Source of the DNA: Gemmatimonadales bacterium
GTDB taxonomy: Bacteria; Gemmatimonadota; Gemmatimonadetes; Gemmatimonadales; GWC2-71-9
Assembly: GCA_045803515.1 (NCBI GenBank)
Contig: JBJMOX010000144.1
Location: 1 to 44,757 of the forward strand
DNA length: 44,757 bases
Reading direction: 5' to 3'
Shown here: piece after piece, positions 1 through 10,763 of the stretch
Layout of the letters: every line of letters starts with the position of its first letter
How positions within the stretch are numbered: position 1 is the first letter of the stretch
Translations under genes and position numbers: made by a program
Notes under the pieces: model-generated
Told to the model about the DNA's origin: nothing
The model's database searches: none
Seen by the model: only the letters and a program-made list of their open reading frames with translations

Positions 1-37
1 AAACACTTACCCTAAACCACACTAATACGATCTTCCG

Positions 38-604
38 CGCCACCTGCTGGCCCGGAGTGGCTGGGCCGACCACGACGGAGACGGAGTGGTCGATCGGGGC
101 GGACGGCCGATGAGTCTCACGCTGAGCCTGCCCAACACCAGCGCCATACGAAAGCAGCTCGCGTTGCTGGTGCAGGAGCAGCTCCGGCAGGTGGGCATCC
201 GGGTCGAGGTGCAGCAGTACGACGCGCCGGTGTGGAATCAGCGCCGATCCGCGGGCCTCTTCGACATCGACTTCTCATCCCTGCTCCAGGATCCGTCCCC
301 GTCCGGCATGAGCCAGAGCTGGTCGTGCCGCGGGGCGAACAACGTCGCCCACTACTGCGACCCGACGGTCGATTCGCTGATCGACCGCGCCACCCGCGGC
401 GGACTCGGGACGGCCGAGACCTGGCGCGCGACGCTAACCCGGATCGAGGACGACACCCCCGCTGTGTTCATGTACGCGCCGCTCTACGTCTACGTGGTCA
501 ACCGGCGCTTCACCAACGTGACCATTCGACCCGAGTCGTCCTGGCTGGCGCTCCGGGAGTGGAAGGTCGCGCCGGCGCAGGCCAGCAAGGGCACGGGGAA
601 CTGA
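38..604 (+). CDS. Peptide ABC transporter substrate-binding protein (family 5), C-terminal part, 5'-truncated
   Basis: Frame reads LLARSGWADHDGDGVVDRGGRP...QEQLRQVGIRVEV...NVAHYCDPTVDSLIDRA...DTPAVFMY, a typical OppA/DppA-family C-terminus; lies directly upstream of the permeases. Confidence 0.9.
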   Translation, partial: RHLLARSGWADHDGDGVVDRGGRPMSLTLSLPNTSAIRKQLALLVQEQLRQVGIRVEVQQYDAPVWNQRRSAGLFDIDFSSLLQDPSPSGMSQSWSCRGANNVAHYCDPTVDSLIDRATRGGLGTAETWRATLTRIEDDTPAVFMYAPLYVYVVNRRFTNVTIRPESSWLALREWKVAPAQASKGTGN

Positions 605-605
605 G

Positions 606-1577
606 GTGGGTCGCTGGCTGCTCGGGCGCACGCTGCAGGCGCTCGTCACCCTTCTGATCGCCCTCCTGCTCCTCTTCGTCCTGATGCGGCTGGCCCCGGG
701 AGACCCGCTCTCTCGCCTCTCCGAGGACCAGGCGCTCTCGGCGGCGGAGATCGCCTCGCTCAGGGCAAAGTACGGACTCGACCGGCCGATCGCCGCCCAG
801 CTCACCGACTATCTCCGGGGTGCCGCCCAGGGCGACCTCGGCACCTCGATCGAGTACGGGCGGCCCGTGGTCGCGCTGGTGGCCGAGCGGCTTCCCGCCA
901 CCCTGCTGCTCGGCGGGGCGGTGCTCCTGCTCAACTTCACGGTGGGGATCTGGCTCGGCGTGCGCCAGGCGGTGGCCCGCGGTGCCGCCGCCGACCGATG
1001 GCTCACGACGCTTTCTCTGGCCGGGTACGCGACGCCGTCGTTCTGGCTTGGACTGGTGCTGGCCTGGCTGGTAGGGGTGCGATGGCGCCTGCTGCCGGCT
1101 GCCGGCATGCACGACCCGCTGCTCGACCCGGACGCGGGGCTCCTGGTCCGCTCGGGCGACGTGCTGCGGCACCTGGTGTTGCCGGCGCTCACCCTCTCGG
1201 TGGTGAGCATCGCGGGCACCATGCGGCACCAGCGGAGCGCCATGCTCGAGGCTCTCCGCTTTCCTTATATAATGACGGCCCGCGCCAAAGGTCTCTCGGA
1301 AGCGGCGGTCATCTGGCGTCATGCCTGGCGCAACGCCTTGTTCCCGGTCCTGACCCTGTTCGGACTCTGGCTTCCGGTGCTGGTGACCGGATCGGTGTTC
1401 GTCGAATCGGTCTTCGCGTGGCCGGGACTGGGGTCGCTGGCCGCCCGGGCCGTGGGATACCGCGACTATCCGCTCCTCATGGGCACGTCGCTGCTGGTTG
1501 CCGTCCTGGTGGTGCTCGGGAGTCTGCTCACCGATCTGGCCTACGCGTTCCTGGATCCACGGGTGCGATTCTCGTGA
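606..1577 (+). CDS. dppB: Peptide ABC transporter permease (DppB/OppB)
   Basis: LAPGDP N-terminus, GDLGTS, EAA-loop YIMTARAKGLS...HAWRNAL, DPRVR C-terminus. Confidence 0.93.
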   Translation: MGRWLLGRTLQALVTLLIALLLLFVLMRLAPGDPLSRLSEDQALSAAEIASLRAKYGLDRPIAAQLTDYLRGAAQGDLGTSIEYGRPVVALVAERLPATLLLGGAVLLLNFTVGIWLGVRQAVARGAAADRWLTTLSLAGYATPSFWLGLVLAWLVGVRWRLLPAAGMHDPLLDPDAGLLVRSGDVLRHLVLPALTLSVVSIAGTMRHQRSAMLEALRFPYIMTARAKGLSEAAVIWRHAWRNALFPVLTLFGLWLPVLVTGSVFVESVFAWPGLGSLAARAVGYRDYPLLMGTSLLVAVLVVLGSLLTDLAYAFLDPRVRFS

Positions 1578-2416
1578 CCGAGCTGCTGGATCTGCTCGGA
1601 CGGGCATGGGACACGCCGCGCGGCCGGGCCGGCGCTCTGCTGCTCCTGGCCTTCTCGGCGGCTTCACTCCTGGGCCCGCTCGCACTGGCCGACCCTCTGG
1701 CCCAGCCCAACATTCTGGGCGGCGCCGTTCAGCCACCCAGCCTGGGGCACCCGTTCGGCACCGACGAGCTCAGCCGCGACGTGCTCTCGCGGGTGGTGAG
1801 CGGCGGGCGGGTCTCGCTCACGGTGGCGGTGCTCGCGGTGGCGCTGTCGATCACGCTGGGCGCGGCGGTCGGGCTGGTCGCGGGATATTTCGGTGGCAGA
1901 GTGGACGCGGCGCTCATGCGCCTGGTGGACGGGGCACTCGCGGTGCCGCGCCTTTTTCTCCTACTCCTGCTGCTCGCGGTCACCGAGCGGGTGCCGCTCG
2001 CGCTGCTGGTACTGCTGATCGGAACCACCGGGTGGTTTACCACCAGCCGCCTGGTGCGTGGGGAGATCCTCCGCCTTCGGGAGGAGAGCTACGTCTGGGC
2101 CGCCGAGGCGCTGGGCGCGAGCCGGCGCCGAATCATGTTGCGGCACCTGCTGCCCAACACCCTGGGGCCGCTGCTCGTGGCCGCCACGCTCGCGGTGGGC
2201 GACGTGATCCTGCTCGAGGCCGGGCTCTCCTTTCTCGGACTCGGAATCCAGCCGCCGGCCCCATCCTGGGGAGGCATGATCATGGACGCGCGCCAGGTGC
2301 TGGTGACCGCCCCCTGGGTCGGTATCTTCCCGGGGCTCGCCATCACGCTCACCGTGTTGTCGGCCAATCTGTTCGGCGACGCGCTGCGCGACGCCGTAGA
2401 TCCGCGAGGCGCATGA
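1574..2416 (+). CDS. dppC: Peptide ABC transporter permease (DppC/OppC)
   Basis: GTG overlaps the dppB stop (GTGA); HPFGTDELSRD, EAA-loop AAEALGAS...RHLLPN, EAGLSFLGLG, PSWG. Confidence 0.93.
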   Translation: MTELLDLLGRAWDTPRGRAGALLLLAFSAASLLGPLALADPLAQPNILGGAVQPPSLGHPFGTDELSRDVLSRVVSGGRVSLTVAVLAVALSITLGAAVGLVAGYFGGRVDAALMRLVDGALAVPRLFLLLLLLAVTERVPLALLVLLIGTTGWFTTSRLVRGEILRLREESYVWAAEALGASRRRIMLRHLLPNTLGPLLVAATLAVGDVILLEAGLSFLGLGIQPPAPSWGGMIMDARQVLVTAPWVGIFPGLAITLTVLSANLFGDALRDAVDPRGA

Positions 2417-3384
2417 CCCGAGTGCTCGAGGTAGCGAATCTGCGGGTGTCGTTCCCCGATGGGACCGGCCGGCGCTTTCATCCGGTGGACGGCGTGAGCT
2501 TCGAGCTGCGGAAGGGCGAGACGCTCGCGCTGGTGGGGGAGTCCGGGTGCGGGAAGAGTCTCACCAGCCTGGCGCTGCTCCAGTTGGTCCCGCCGCCCGG
2601 GCGAGTTGATGCCGGAAGCGTGATCCGTCTCGGCGATACGGACGTGCTGTCGCTCGCCGGTGAGGCCCTCAGGCGGATCCGGGGTCGCCGGATCGGCATG
2701 ATCTTCCAGGACCCGATGACCAGCCTCAACCCGGTGTTCACGGTCGGCGACCAGATCGCCGAGGGGGTCCGGGCCCACTTTCGGGTGAGCCGGGCGGAGG
2801 CGCGGGAGCGGGCGCTGCGACTGCTGCAGGAGGTCGGCATTCCGGACCCGTCCGCACGGCTGGATACCTATCCGCATCAGCTCAGCGGCGGCATGCGCCA
2901 GCGGGTGATGATCGCCATCGCGCTCTCCGCCGAGCCGGAAATCCTGGTGGCCGATGAGCCGACCACCGCGCTCGACGTGACCGTGCAGGCCCAGATCCTG
3001 GAGGTGCTGGAAGGGCTCCGCCAGAGCCGGGGGATGGCGGTGTTGCTGATCACCCACGATCTCGGCATCGTCGCCGGACGGGCTGATCGGGTGGCGGTGA
3101 TGTACGCGGGACAGATCGTCGAGGAGGCGCCCACGGCGGAGCTCTTCGCGCATCCCTCGCATCCCTATACCCAGGGGCTGTTCGCGTCGGTGCCGCGGAT
3201 CTCGGGGCCGGTGCAGCGGCTCACACCGATCGGCGGCTCCGTGCCTCCGCCGGATGCGTGGCCTTCGGGGTGCCGGTTCCGTCCGCGCTGCCCCAAGGCG
3301 TTCGCCAAGAGCGAGCTGGCGCCGGAGCTCTTGCCCGTTGGGCCGGACCACCGGATGCGGTGCTGGCTGGCGGATCCTGATTGA
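2413..3384 (+). CDS. oppD: Peptide ABC transporter ATP-binding protein (OppD/DppD)
   Basis: ATGA overlap; Walker [29 protein letters not shown] and C-terminal Cys motif. Confidence 0.95.
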   Translation: MTRVLEVANLRVSFPDGTGRRFHPVDGVSFELRKGETLALVGESGCGKSLTSLALLQLVPPPGRVDAGSVIRLGDTDVLSLAGEALRRIRGRRIGMIFQDPMTSLNPVFTVGDQIAEGVRAHFRVSRAEARERALRLLQEVGIPDPSARLDTYPHQLSGGMRQRVMIAIALSAEPEILVADEPTTALDVTVQAQILEVLEGLRQSRGMAVLLITHDLGIVAGRADRVAVMYAGQIVEEAPTAELFAHPSHPYTQGLFASVPRISGPVQRLTPIGGSVPPPDAWPSGCRFRPRCPKAFAKSELAPELLPVGPDHRMRCWLADPD

Positions 3385-3619
3385 GCTCCTGATGCTCGGC
3401 TCCTACGGTTCACGTCGTTCCGTGATTCACCACGGAATCACGGAACACACGGAAGGGTCACGGAAACCGCCCAGGCAAGGCAGTATTTCCCAATGCCGTG
3501 TGATGGTATGTCGAGACTCAGGTTCAGCAACAATTCAGAGGAGACCTTCTCAGGCGCATTCCGTGCTACCTCCGTGCATTCCGTGTTTCCGTGGTGACCC
3601 TTGGAACTGTGAGCTCCTG
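3382..3619. mobile_element. Non-autonomous MITE/REP-like insertion with 39-bp imperfect inverted repeats built from CACGGAA units
   Basis: Left arm 3427-3465 (tcaccacggaatcacggaacacacggaagggtcacggaa) matches the reverse complement of right arm 3559-3597 with the same unit spacing; 10-bp direct repeat TGAGCTCCTG at 3382-3391 and 3610-3619; visibly lower GC; separates oppD from oppF. Confidence 0.65.
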
Positions 3620-3655
3620 CAATCGTGACCGCACGCACACGAGTCCGTCCGCCAC

Positions 3656-4696
3656 ATGGCTGAAGCCGCAACCTGGGCTGCCCAGGTGACACCACTACCC
3701 GAGCCGCTGCTGGTGGTCCGCGACCTGGTCAAGCACTACCACGCGACCGGGCTCTTCCGGAAAGCCGCGCCGCCGGTGCGGGCGGTGGACGGGGTCTCCT
3801 TCGCGGTCGGCCGGGGCGAGACGCTGGCGCTGGTGGGGGAGTCGGGATGTGGCAAGTCCTCCGTCGGGCGCACCATCCTGCGGCTGCAGGAACCGACCAG
3901 CGGCAGCGCGCGGTTCGAGGATACCGAAGTGTTCGCTCTCGACCGAGCCGCGCTCCGCCGGGCACGGCGGCGGATGCAGATCATCTTCCAGGATCCTTAC
4001 AGCTCGCTCAATCCGCGCATGTCGATCGGCGCGGCGATCGCGGAAGGGATCGAGATTCACCGCCTGGCCGCGGGGGCGGAGGTCGGCCGCCGGGTCGCGG
4101 CGCTGCTGGAGGAGGTGGGGCTCGACCCCGGCTACGCGCGTAAGTACCCGCACGAGTTCTCCGGAGGGCAGCGGCAGCGCATCGGGATCGCCCGCGCGCT
4201 CGCGGTCGAGCCCAGGTTCATCGTCTGCGACGAGCCGGTCTCGGCGCTCGACGTGTCGGTCCAGGCACAGGTGCTCAACCTGCTCTCGGATCTCCAGCGC
4301 GACCGGGGCCTGTCCTACCTCTTCATCGCGCACGATCTCGCGGTGGTGCGGCAGATCGCCCAGCGGATCGCGGTCATGTACCTGGGACACATCGTGGAGG
4401 AGGGTCCAACGGAGCCGCTGCTCGCCGCCCCACGTCACCCCTACACCGTGGCCCTGCTCTCAGCGGTTCCCGAGCCGGACCCCGGGCGGCGACGGTCACG
4501 CATCGTGCTCCGCGGCGACCTCCCGAGCCCCTCCAACCCGCCGTCCGGGTGCCCCTTCCACACCCGCTGCTTCCATCCCCTGCGGGATGATCGGTGTGTC
4601 CGGGAGGTGCCCCCGCTCCGACCCGTCGGAGCGACCATTGCCGCCTGCCACTACGCCGAGCAGACGCCACTCCCCGACGCCGCACCGACCAGCTGA
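3656..4696 (+). CDS. oppF: Peptide ABC transporter ATP-binding protein (OppF/DppF)
   Basis: [48 protein letters not shown]; start may be the GTG at 3686. Confidence 0.95.
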   Translation: MAEAATWAAQVTPLPEPLLVVRDLVKHYHATGLFRKAAPPVRAVDGVSFAVGRGETLALVGESGCGKSSVGRTILRLQEPTSGSARFEDTEVFALDRAALRRARRRMQIIFQDPYSSLNPRMSIGAAIAEGIEIHRLAAGAEVGRRVAALLEEVGLDPGYARKYPHEFSGGQRQRIGIARALAVEPRFIVCDEPVSALDVSVQAQVLNLLSDLQRDRGLSYLFIAHDLAVVRQIAQRIAVMYLGHIVEEGPTEPLLAAPRHPYTVALLSAVPEPDPGRRRSRIVLRGDLPSPSNPPSGCPFHTRCFHPLRDDRCVREVPPLRPVGATIAACHYAEQTPLPDAAPTS

Positions 4697-4779
4697 GAGG
4701 TGAGGCCGGTCACGGTCGGCCGGCCGAGGAGCGGCCAGCTTCCCCGGGAGCACGGACCAACTCTCTCAGGAAGGCGATC

Positions 4780-5046
4780 ATGCCGGACAATCGGGATACC
4801 ATGGACAATCGCGACACGACAGACAAGCGCGAGGACAAAGACCTGGCCACGGAAGGCGCCGAGGACCGCATCAAAGGCGCGGCCAAGGTCGTGGAGGGAC
4901 GGGTGCGGAGTGCGGTGGGTGGTGCGGCTGGTGACACGAGCGAGCAGGTGAAGGGGAAGGGTCAGGAGATCAAGGGAAAGGCCAAGCAGGCGCTGGGCAA
5001 GGCGAAGCAGCGTCTGGATCCCAACCCCGGGGTCGAGGAGGAGTAG
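4780..5046 (+). CDS. csbD: CsbD-family stress response protein
   Basis: EDRIKGAAKVVEGRVRSAVGGAAGD...KGKGQEIKGKAKQALG pattern; AGGAAGG RBS; short DNRDT repeats at the N-terminus. Confidence 0.8.
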   Translation: MPDNRDTMDNRDTTDKREDKDLATEGAEDRIKGAAKVVEGRVRSAVGGAAGDTSEQVKGKGQEIKGKAKQALGKAKQRLDPNPGVEEE

Positions 5047-5056
5047 GCAGCCCTTC

Positions 5057-5437
5057 CTAGACGCTCCGGATCGCAGTGGAGACGAGCTCGAACTCCACCG
5101 CGATTCGTCCGACCCAAAGCCAGGCATCATCCAGCCGGCCCGCGGCGCCGTCCTTCTCCAGGGCGGCGCAGGCCTGCCCCAACCGCATCGCGCCGATGGT
5201 CCATGCCCCGCCCTTGATGGCATGCGCCGCACGGTGCACCGCGATCGCGTCAGCCCGGGCGATCGCCGCTTCGAGCTCCCGGATCCGGCGGCCGGTATCC
5301 GCAAGAAAGACGGTGGTGATCTCGAGCAGGAAGTCGGGTTGCCCCGGTTCTTGGAGACCTCGCAGGGTGGCCAGTGCCGTCTCGTCCAGCACAGGCGTTC
5401 CCCCGGAGAGCCATGGTTGGCTCAACCGGGCGATCAC
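5057..5437 (-). CDS. Stand-alone Hpt (histidine phosphotransfer) protein
   Basis: VLDETALATLRGL...FLADT...AAHAIKGGAWTIGA (HxxKG motif); GTG overlaps the upstream stop. Confidence 0.88.
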   Translation of the reverse strand: MIARLSQPWLSGGTPVLDETALATLRGLQEPGQPDFLLEITTVFLADTGRRIRELEAAIARADAIAVHRAAHAIKGGAWTIGAMRLGQACAALEKDGAAGRLDDAWLWVGRIAVEFELVSTAIRSV

Positions 5438-6033
5438 GGCCCTTCCGGAGCCGGCAGGTTGGCGATGCCCAACCGGTTGATCTCGGGAGCGATCTTCGAG
5501 TGGTAGCACTCGGGACAGATGCTGTGGGAGAGGACCAGCTCGGTGCGTTGAGCGAGGTAGCTTTCCAGGGTCGACCAGGTGTCTTGCTGGTCGCGGATTC
5601 TCCGGCAGTAGGAGCAGGTTGGCAGCAGGCCGTGAAGCTGGTGGATCTCGGTCTGCAGGTTGATGATTCGCTGGGCAACCCGGAGCCGCGCGCCCATCTC
5701 GTCGAGGTCGAATGGCTTGGTGACGAAGTCGTCGGCGCCGGCGTCCATCCCTTCCAGATAGCATCCCTTTCCGCTCAAGGCCGTCACCAGGATCACGTAG
5801 GTGTAGCGCTCCCGCCGGTCCGCCCGGATCATGCGGCAGAGCTCGAGACCGCTCAGGCCGGGCATGAGCCAGTCGGCCAGGATCACCGACGGCTGGCTCT
5901 CCTGGTACGCCTCCCACGCCTGCTTCCCATCGACCGCGACGACGCACTCGTGGCCCATCCGGTTGAGCCCGGCCAGAAGGAACTTCCGGGCAACCGTATC
6001 GTCGTCGGCGATGAGAATCTTCAGCTGGCTCAT
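5434..6033 (-). CDS. Response regulator: PleD-like receiver plus C-terminal Cys/His-rich domain
   Basis: IADDD, LADWLMP, GADDFVTKP; tail LLPTCSYCRRIRD...SHSICPEC. Confidence 0.88.
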   Translation of the reverse strand: MSQLKILIADDDTVARKFLLAGLNRMGHECVVAVDGKQAWEAYQESQPSVILADWLMPGLSGLELCRMIRADRRERYTYVILVTALSGKGCYLEGMDAGADDFVTKPFDLDEMGARLRVAQRIINLQTEIHQLHGLLPTCSYCRRIRDQQDTWSTLESYLAQRTELVLSHSICPECYHSKIAPEINRLGIANLPAPEGP

Positions 6034-6866
6034 TTTCCCTCCTGTGGGCGCAGCCGGAAGTAGGAGCCGGTCTTGGCAACGACGTCGCGGTGGTACGCGT
6101 CATCCAGATTCATGGTGGTCTCGGCGGCCCCGAGGAGGAGGTATCCGTCCGGACGGAGCACCCGGCGCAGCTTTGCCAGCACCGCTCGCTTGGTCTCCAC
6201 ATCGAAGTAGATCAGGACGTTGCGCATGAGGACGAGGTCGCAGAGCGGCACCTTCGACCAGGCCTCGTTGAGGTTCAGCTCGACGAACTCGACCATGCTG
6301 CGGATCTCTTCCACCACCTGCCACTCGACGTTTCGCTTCCGGAAGTACTTCACCAGCAAGGCAGCGGGCAGGCCGCGGTTCACTTCCGCCTGGTTGTACC
6401 GACCGGTCTTGGCGCGGTCCAGCACTTCGCTCGAGAGGTCGGTGCCGAGGATGCGGACCTGCCATCCGGCGAGCGCGGGGAAGTGCTCCCGGAGCAGCAT
6501 GGCGATGGTGTAAGGCTCCTGCCCGCTGGAGCAGGCGGCGCACCAGATCGTGAGCTGCCGTTGGATCTGCCTGCGCTGCATCAGCTCCGGAATAAGCTGA
6601 ACCCGCAACGCCTCGAAGGGATGCACGTCGCGAAAGAAGGCCGTCTCATTGGTGGCCATGGCCTCGATCACTTTCCGATGGAGACCGTTTCCCGGACTCC
6701 GTCGGAGCTCCGCCACGAGGTGGTCGATCGAGGTGAAGCCCTCGGTCCGTGCCACGGTGGAGAGGCGGGACTCGACCAGGTATTCCTTCCCGGCCTCCAG
6801 CACGATCGCCGATCGCTTGCGGACCAATTCCTGGATGTACTCGAAATCGCTCGCGCCCATTGTCAT
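6030..6866 (-). CDS. cheR: Chemotaxis methyltransferase CheR
   Basis: [44 protein letters not shown]; ATGA overlap with cheB. Confidence 0.96.
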   Translation of the reverse strand: MTMGASDFEYIQELVRKRSAIVLEAGKEYLVESRLSTVARTEGFTSIDHLVAELRRSPGNGLHRKVIEAMATNETAFFRDVHPFEALRVQLIPELMQRRQIQRQLTIWCAACSSGQEPYTIAMLLREHFPALAGWQVRILGTDLSSEVLDRAKTGRYNQAEVNRGLPAALLVKYFRKRNVEWQVVEEIRSMVEFVELNLNEAWSKVPLCDLVLMRNVLIYFDVETKRAVLAKLRRVLRPDGYLLLGAAETTMNLDDAYHRDVVAKTGSYFRLRPQEGK

Positions 6867-7945
6867 GACGCGCTTCTCATCGACCGGGCGCGGCCGGCAC
6901 GACGGACGATTTCCCCGGCAATCTGATCCAGCGGAAGGACCCGATCGGCCAGGCCGGCCTGGGCGACGTATCCGGGCATGCCCCAGACCACCGACGTGGC
7001 CTCGTCCTGCACGACGATCTGGCCGCCCGCCTCCTTGACCAGCTCGCAGCCACGCAGCCCGTCCTGGCCCATGCCGGTGAGCACGACGGCCAGCACCCGG
7101 CGGCCGTAGATAGACGCCACCGAGCGAAAGAGCACGTCCGCCGCCGGGCGGCAGGAGTTTTCCTGGGGCCCCTGATGGGTACGGATGAGCACGCCGCCCT
7201 CGGATCGTTCCAGCTCCATGTGCCAATCGCCAGGCGCCAGCCAGGCGACGCCAGGCTCCAGCCTGACCCCCGCGGCCGCCTCTCTCACCCGGATCCGCGA
7301 TCTGGCGTTGAGACGGTCGGCCAAGAACGTGGTGAACAGCGGCGGCATGTGCTGCACGACGAGGATGGGCACCGCGAAATCGGCGGGGAGCTCCGGCAGC
7401 AAGCCGGCCAGTGCGTTGGGACCGCCAGTGGAGACCCCGATGCACAACACTTCGATCGGGCCGGGGCCGGCTGACACCCGGGACTTCGCGCTCGGTGGCG
7501 TGGAGATTCGCGCCGGCGAAGATGACAGCCCGCCCGCCGGCCGGCACAGAGCCTTGATTCGGGGGATCAGCTCCTCACGAACCCGCTGGGTGGCGAGCAC
7601 TACGCCGCCCAGGCTGACCGGCTTGGTGATGTAGTCGCTGGCGCCCAGAGTCAGCGCCTCGATGGTGATCCGGGCGCCGCGCTCGGTCTGGGTGCTGAAC
7701 ATGATCACCGGGAGCCGGGGCCGCCGCGCGCGCAGCTCGGCCAGGGTCTGGAGCCCGTTCATCTCGGGCATCTCGACGTCGAGAATCACGACGTCCGGAT
7801 TGACCTGGTCCAGCTTGGCGAGCGCGATGTGCCCGTTCGCTGCCGCCCCGGCGATCTCCAGCGCGCTGTCGTCGGCCAGCACGTTGGAGAGCATGCGACG
7901 GATCACCACCGAATCATCGACGACGAGCACCCGGATCCTGGGCAT
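6863..7945 (-). CDS. cheB: Chemotaxis methylesterase CheB (REC plus methylesterase)
   Basis: VVDDS receiver; [34 protein letters not shown]. Confidence 0.97.
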   Translation of the reverse strand: MPRIRVLVVDDSVVIRRMLSNVLADDSALEIAGAAANGHIALAKLDQVNPDVVILDVEMPEMNGLQTLAELRARRPRLPVIMFSTQTERGARITIEALTLGASDYITKPVSLGGVVLATQRVREELIPRIKALCRPAGGLSSSPARISTPPSAKSRVSAGPGPIEVLCIGVSTGGPNALAGLLPELPADFAVPILVVQHMPPLFTTFLADRLNARSRIRVREAAAGVRLEPGVAWLAPGDWHMELERSEGGVLIRTHQGPQENSCRPAADVLFRSVASIYGRRVLAVVLTGMGQDGLRGCELVKEAGGQIVVQDEATSVVWGMPGYVAQAGLADRVLPLDQIAGEIVRRAGRARSMRSAS

Positions 7946-7947
7946 GG

Positions 7948-8394
7948 TCAGCCGGGCTCGGCGCTGGAATCGAGATCGATCGCCCGATCGACGTCGAGGA
8001 CCAGCAGGAGACGATCCGTCAGCTTGTAGACCCCGCTGATCAGGCCCTGCGCCGCCTTGTCCACGGTCTCCGAGATCGGCTCGAAGCTCTCGGTGGAGGG
8101 CTCGATGACATCGCCGATCTCGTCGACCAGCAGGCTGACCGCACCGTCGCTCGTCCGGATGACGACGTTCACCGGCTGGTGCCCCTCCGGCCGGGGCGCG
8201 AGGCGCAGCCGGCGGCGGAGATCGATGGCGGTCACGATTTCCCCCCGCAGGTTGATCAGTCCGCTCACCGCCGGGGCCGCCAGCGGAACCGGGGTCATTT
8301 CCTGGCTGCGGATGACCTCGTGGACGTTGAGCACCTCGATGCCCATGTACAGCTCGCCCACCTGGAAGGTGCAGAACTGCCGGTCCTGAGACAC
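7948..8394 (-). CDS. cheW: Chemotaxis coupling protein CheW
   Basis: FCTF...VHEVI...TPVPLA...[16 protein letters not shown]...LLVDEIGDV. Confidence 0.95.
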   Translation of the reverse strand: MSQDRQFCTFQVGELYMGIEVLNVHEVIRSQEMTPVPLAAPAVSGLINLRGEIVTAIDLRRRLRLAPRPEGHQPVNVVIRTSDGAVSLLVDEIGDVIEPSTESFEPISETVDKAAQGLISGVYKLTDRLLLVLDVDRAIDLDSSAEPG

Positions 8395-10566
8395 CTATGC
8401 CTCCACCGCGACCAGGTCGCGCACGATGGTCTCGACATCCAGCAGATCGGTGACCCGGTCCTGGATGACCGCCGAGCCGTAGAAGATGCCGCGCTCCGAC
8501 CGGCGCTGGACCGCCAGCGTCTCCTCCACGATATCGAGGATGTTGTCCACCACGAGGCCGGCGCTCCGGCCGCCGTCGGAGTACACCACCACCTGCATCG
8601 GGTCTCGAAACACCGCCTCGCCGCCATCCAGCAGCGCGGAGAGGTGGATCAGGGGCATGATCTTGCCACGATACTGCACGACCCGACCATCGCCCGCACG
8701 CTCCACCAGCGCCGCGGGGAACTCCTCCAGACGGGAGACGACGGAGAGCGGGATGGCCAGGCGCCGGCCGTTGCCGAGCGCGAAGACCAGCAGCGCTTGC
8801 CGCGCCGGCCCGCCCTGCTCCGGCTGGGCCACCGTCTCGCTCCGGTTCCGGTCCCGGACCTCACTGACGATGCCGCCCAGGCGCGCCACCCCCATGACAT
8901 CCAGAATCAGGGCCACACGCCCATCGCCCATGATGGTGGCGCCCGCGAAGGCGGCGATCCCCTTGATCTGCCTGCTCAGGGGCTTCACCACGATCTCTTC
9001 GGTGTCGCTGACCCGATCGACCACCAGCCCGAACTGGCGCTCGCCGGCCTGGAGCACCACGATATTGACTGCTTCCGCCTCGCCGCCCGCCGGGGTCTCC
9101 GCGGGGAGGCCGAGGACCCGGCTCAGGTACGCCAGGGGAAGAAGATTGCCGCGGAGTCGGTAGACCGGGGCGCCGTACATGGTCTCGATTCCGGCACGAG
9201 CGCCCGCGCCTTCCAGCCTGATGAGCTCGACGAGACTCACCCGGGGAATGGCATACTGATCGCGCCCCGAGCCGATGATCAGGACGGGGATGATGGCCAG
9301 AGTGAGCGGGATTCTGATCTTGATGGTAGTCCCCTCGCCCGGCGCGCTCTGGAGGTCGACCATGCCGCCGATCTTCTCGATGTTGGTGCGGACCACATCC
9401 ATGCCTACACCCCGGCCGGAGACGTTGGTGACCCGCTCCGCCGTCGAAAAGCCCGGCATGAAGATCAGCAGAAGCGCCTCACGGTCACTCATCCGGCCGG
9501 CCTGATCGGGTGGAATGAGTCCCCGCTCGACCGCCTTCTGCTTCACCCGCGCCACGTCGATGCCGCCGCCATCGTCTGCGACTTCGATGGTGACCAGGCC
9601 GTTCTCATGATAGGCGCGAAGAACGAGACGTCCCTCGACCGGCTTGCCGGCCGCGAGTCGGACCGCCGGAGACTCGAACCCGTGATCCACCGAATTGCGA
9701 AGGATATGGGTGAGCGGATCCTTGATGGCCTCGATGATGGTCTTGTCCAGCTCGGTATCACCGCCCTCCATTTCAACCCGCACCTGCTTGGCGCAGGCCA
9801 GGGCAAGATCCCGGACGACTCTGGGAAACTTGCTCCAGATGTTACCGATCGGCTGCATCCGGGTCTTCATCACGGCTGCCTGCAGCTCGCCGGTGATCAG
9901 GTTGAGCCGTTGAGCCGCGGTGTGGAGGATGGCGTCCTCCGAGCTCTCGCCGCACTGCAGAATCTGGTTTCGGGTGAGCACCAGCTCGCCCACGAGATTC
10001 ATCAGGCGGTCCAGGAGGCTGACATCGACCCGGATGTTGCCGTCGGAGACGCTCACGGCTCGGCTCTCGCCGTCCGCGAACGGCGGATGGTCCGTCTCCC
10101 GGCGGGTCTCCCGCCGGCGGTCATCGATGCGGCGCTGGGCAATGGTCGGGGCCGCGGGCACGGCGCCGGGCATTGCAGACTCCGAGCTCTGGAGCCGCGT
10201 GAGTAGCTCGATCAGCGGAGCATAGTCGACCTCGCCCTCGTTCTGGTCCCGTTCGATGCTGCGCAGGATCCGGCGAACGGCGTCCACCAGCTCCAGCAGG
10301 GCGCTGGTGATCTCGGGCGTGAGCTCCAGGGCCCGGTCGCGCAGCAGGGAAAGCAGGTTCTCACCCGCATGGCTGACGGATTCGAGTTTGTCGAACCCGA
10401 GGAAGCCACAGGTGCCCTTGATCGTGTGAATACAGCGGAAGATGGCGGCCAGCAGCTCCTCGTCGCGGGGTCGCTGCTCCAGGGCCACCAGATCGCGGTC
10501 CAGGCGGTCGAGACCCTCGTGGCTCTCGACCAGAAACTCCTTGACGATGTCGTCCAGATCGCTCAT
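8395..10566 (-). CDS. cheA: Chemotaxis histidine kinase CheA lacking P2, with an extra C-terminal CheW-like domain
   Basis: P1 [10 protein letters not shown]; P3 [20 protein letters not shown]; [24 protein letters not shown]; P5 followed by a second CheW-like domain ([13 protein letters not shown]...[11 protein letters not shown]). Confidence 0.96.
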   Translation of the reverse strand: MSDLDDIVKEFLVESHEGLDRLDRDLVALEQRPRDEELLAAIFRCIHTIKGTCGFLGFDKLESVSHAGENLLSLLRDRALELTPEITSALLELVDAVRRILRSIERDQNEGEVDYAPLIELLTRLQSSESAMPGAVPAAPTIAQRRIDDRRRETRRETDHPPFADGESRAVSVSDGNIRVDVSLLDRLMNLVGELVLTRNQILQCGESSEDAILHTAAQRLNLITGELQAAVMKTRMQPIGNIWSKFPRVVRDLALACAKQVRVEMEGGDTELDKTIIEAIKDPLTHILRNSVDHGFESPAVRLAAGKPVEGRLVLRAYHENGLVTIEVADDGGGIDVARVKQKAVERGLIPPDQAGRMSDREALLLIFMPGFSTAERVTNVSGRGVGMDVVRTNIEKIGGMVDLQSAPGEGTTIKIRIPLTLAIIPVLIIGSGRDQYAIPRVSLVELIRLEGAGARAGIETMYGAPVYRLRGNLLPLAYLSRVLGLPAETPAGGEAEAVNIVVLQAGERQFGLVVDRVSDTEEIVVKPLSRQIKGIAAFAGATIMGDGRVALILDVMGVARLGGIVSEVRDRNRSETVAQPEQGGPARQALLVFALGNGRRLAIPLSVVSRLEEFPAALVERAGDGRVVQYRGKIMPLIHLSALLDGGEAVFRDPMQVVVYSDGGRSAGLVVDNILDIVEETLAVQRRSERGIFYGSAVIQDRVTDLLDVETIVRDLVAVEA

Positions 10567-10639
10567 TCGGGCCTCGGTCGGGTCCAGCACCACGCAGCTG
10601 CCTCACCGGGCTGGGCGGGCTCCACCGGTCAGGCCCTGA

Positions 10640-10667
10640 TTATCGGCCCCAAGGGGAGCCGACTTGA
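10640..10667 (-). promoter_or_regulatory. Sigma28 (FliA) promoter upstream of cheA
   Basis: Minus strand TCAA-N16-GCCGATAA with a perfect sigma28 -10; same layout as the promoter at 17821. Confidence 0.8.
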
Positions 10668-10763
10668 GTCGATACCCCCCGGTTCCACCCCCGACATCGG
10701 CGGGTGTAGCTTTCCCACATTCAAACCCCTGACGCTCCCTCCGCACGGCCAGAGCTCCTCCTC

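Noticed and set aside
998-2412. Long N-terminal extensions in the ORF track for dppC, oppD, cheR, Hpt, aquaporin, VOC and DM13 genes
   Set aside because: They overlap upstream genes in another frame; real starts were taken at ATGA/GTGA overlaps or RBS-supported codons
3427-3597. Possible CRISPR array from the CACGGAA repeats
   Set aside because: Units are 7 bp with 1-4 nt gaps and are arranged as inverted arms; no spacers and no cas genes
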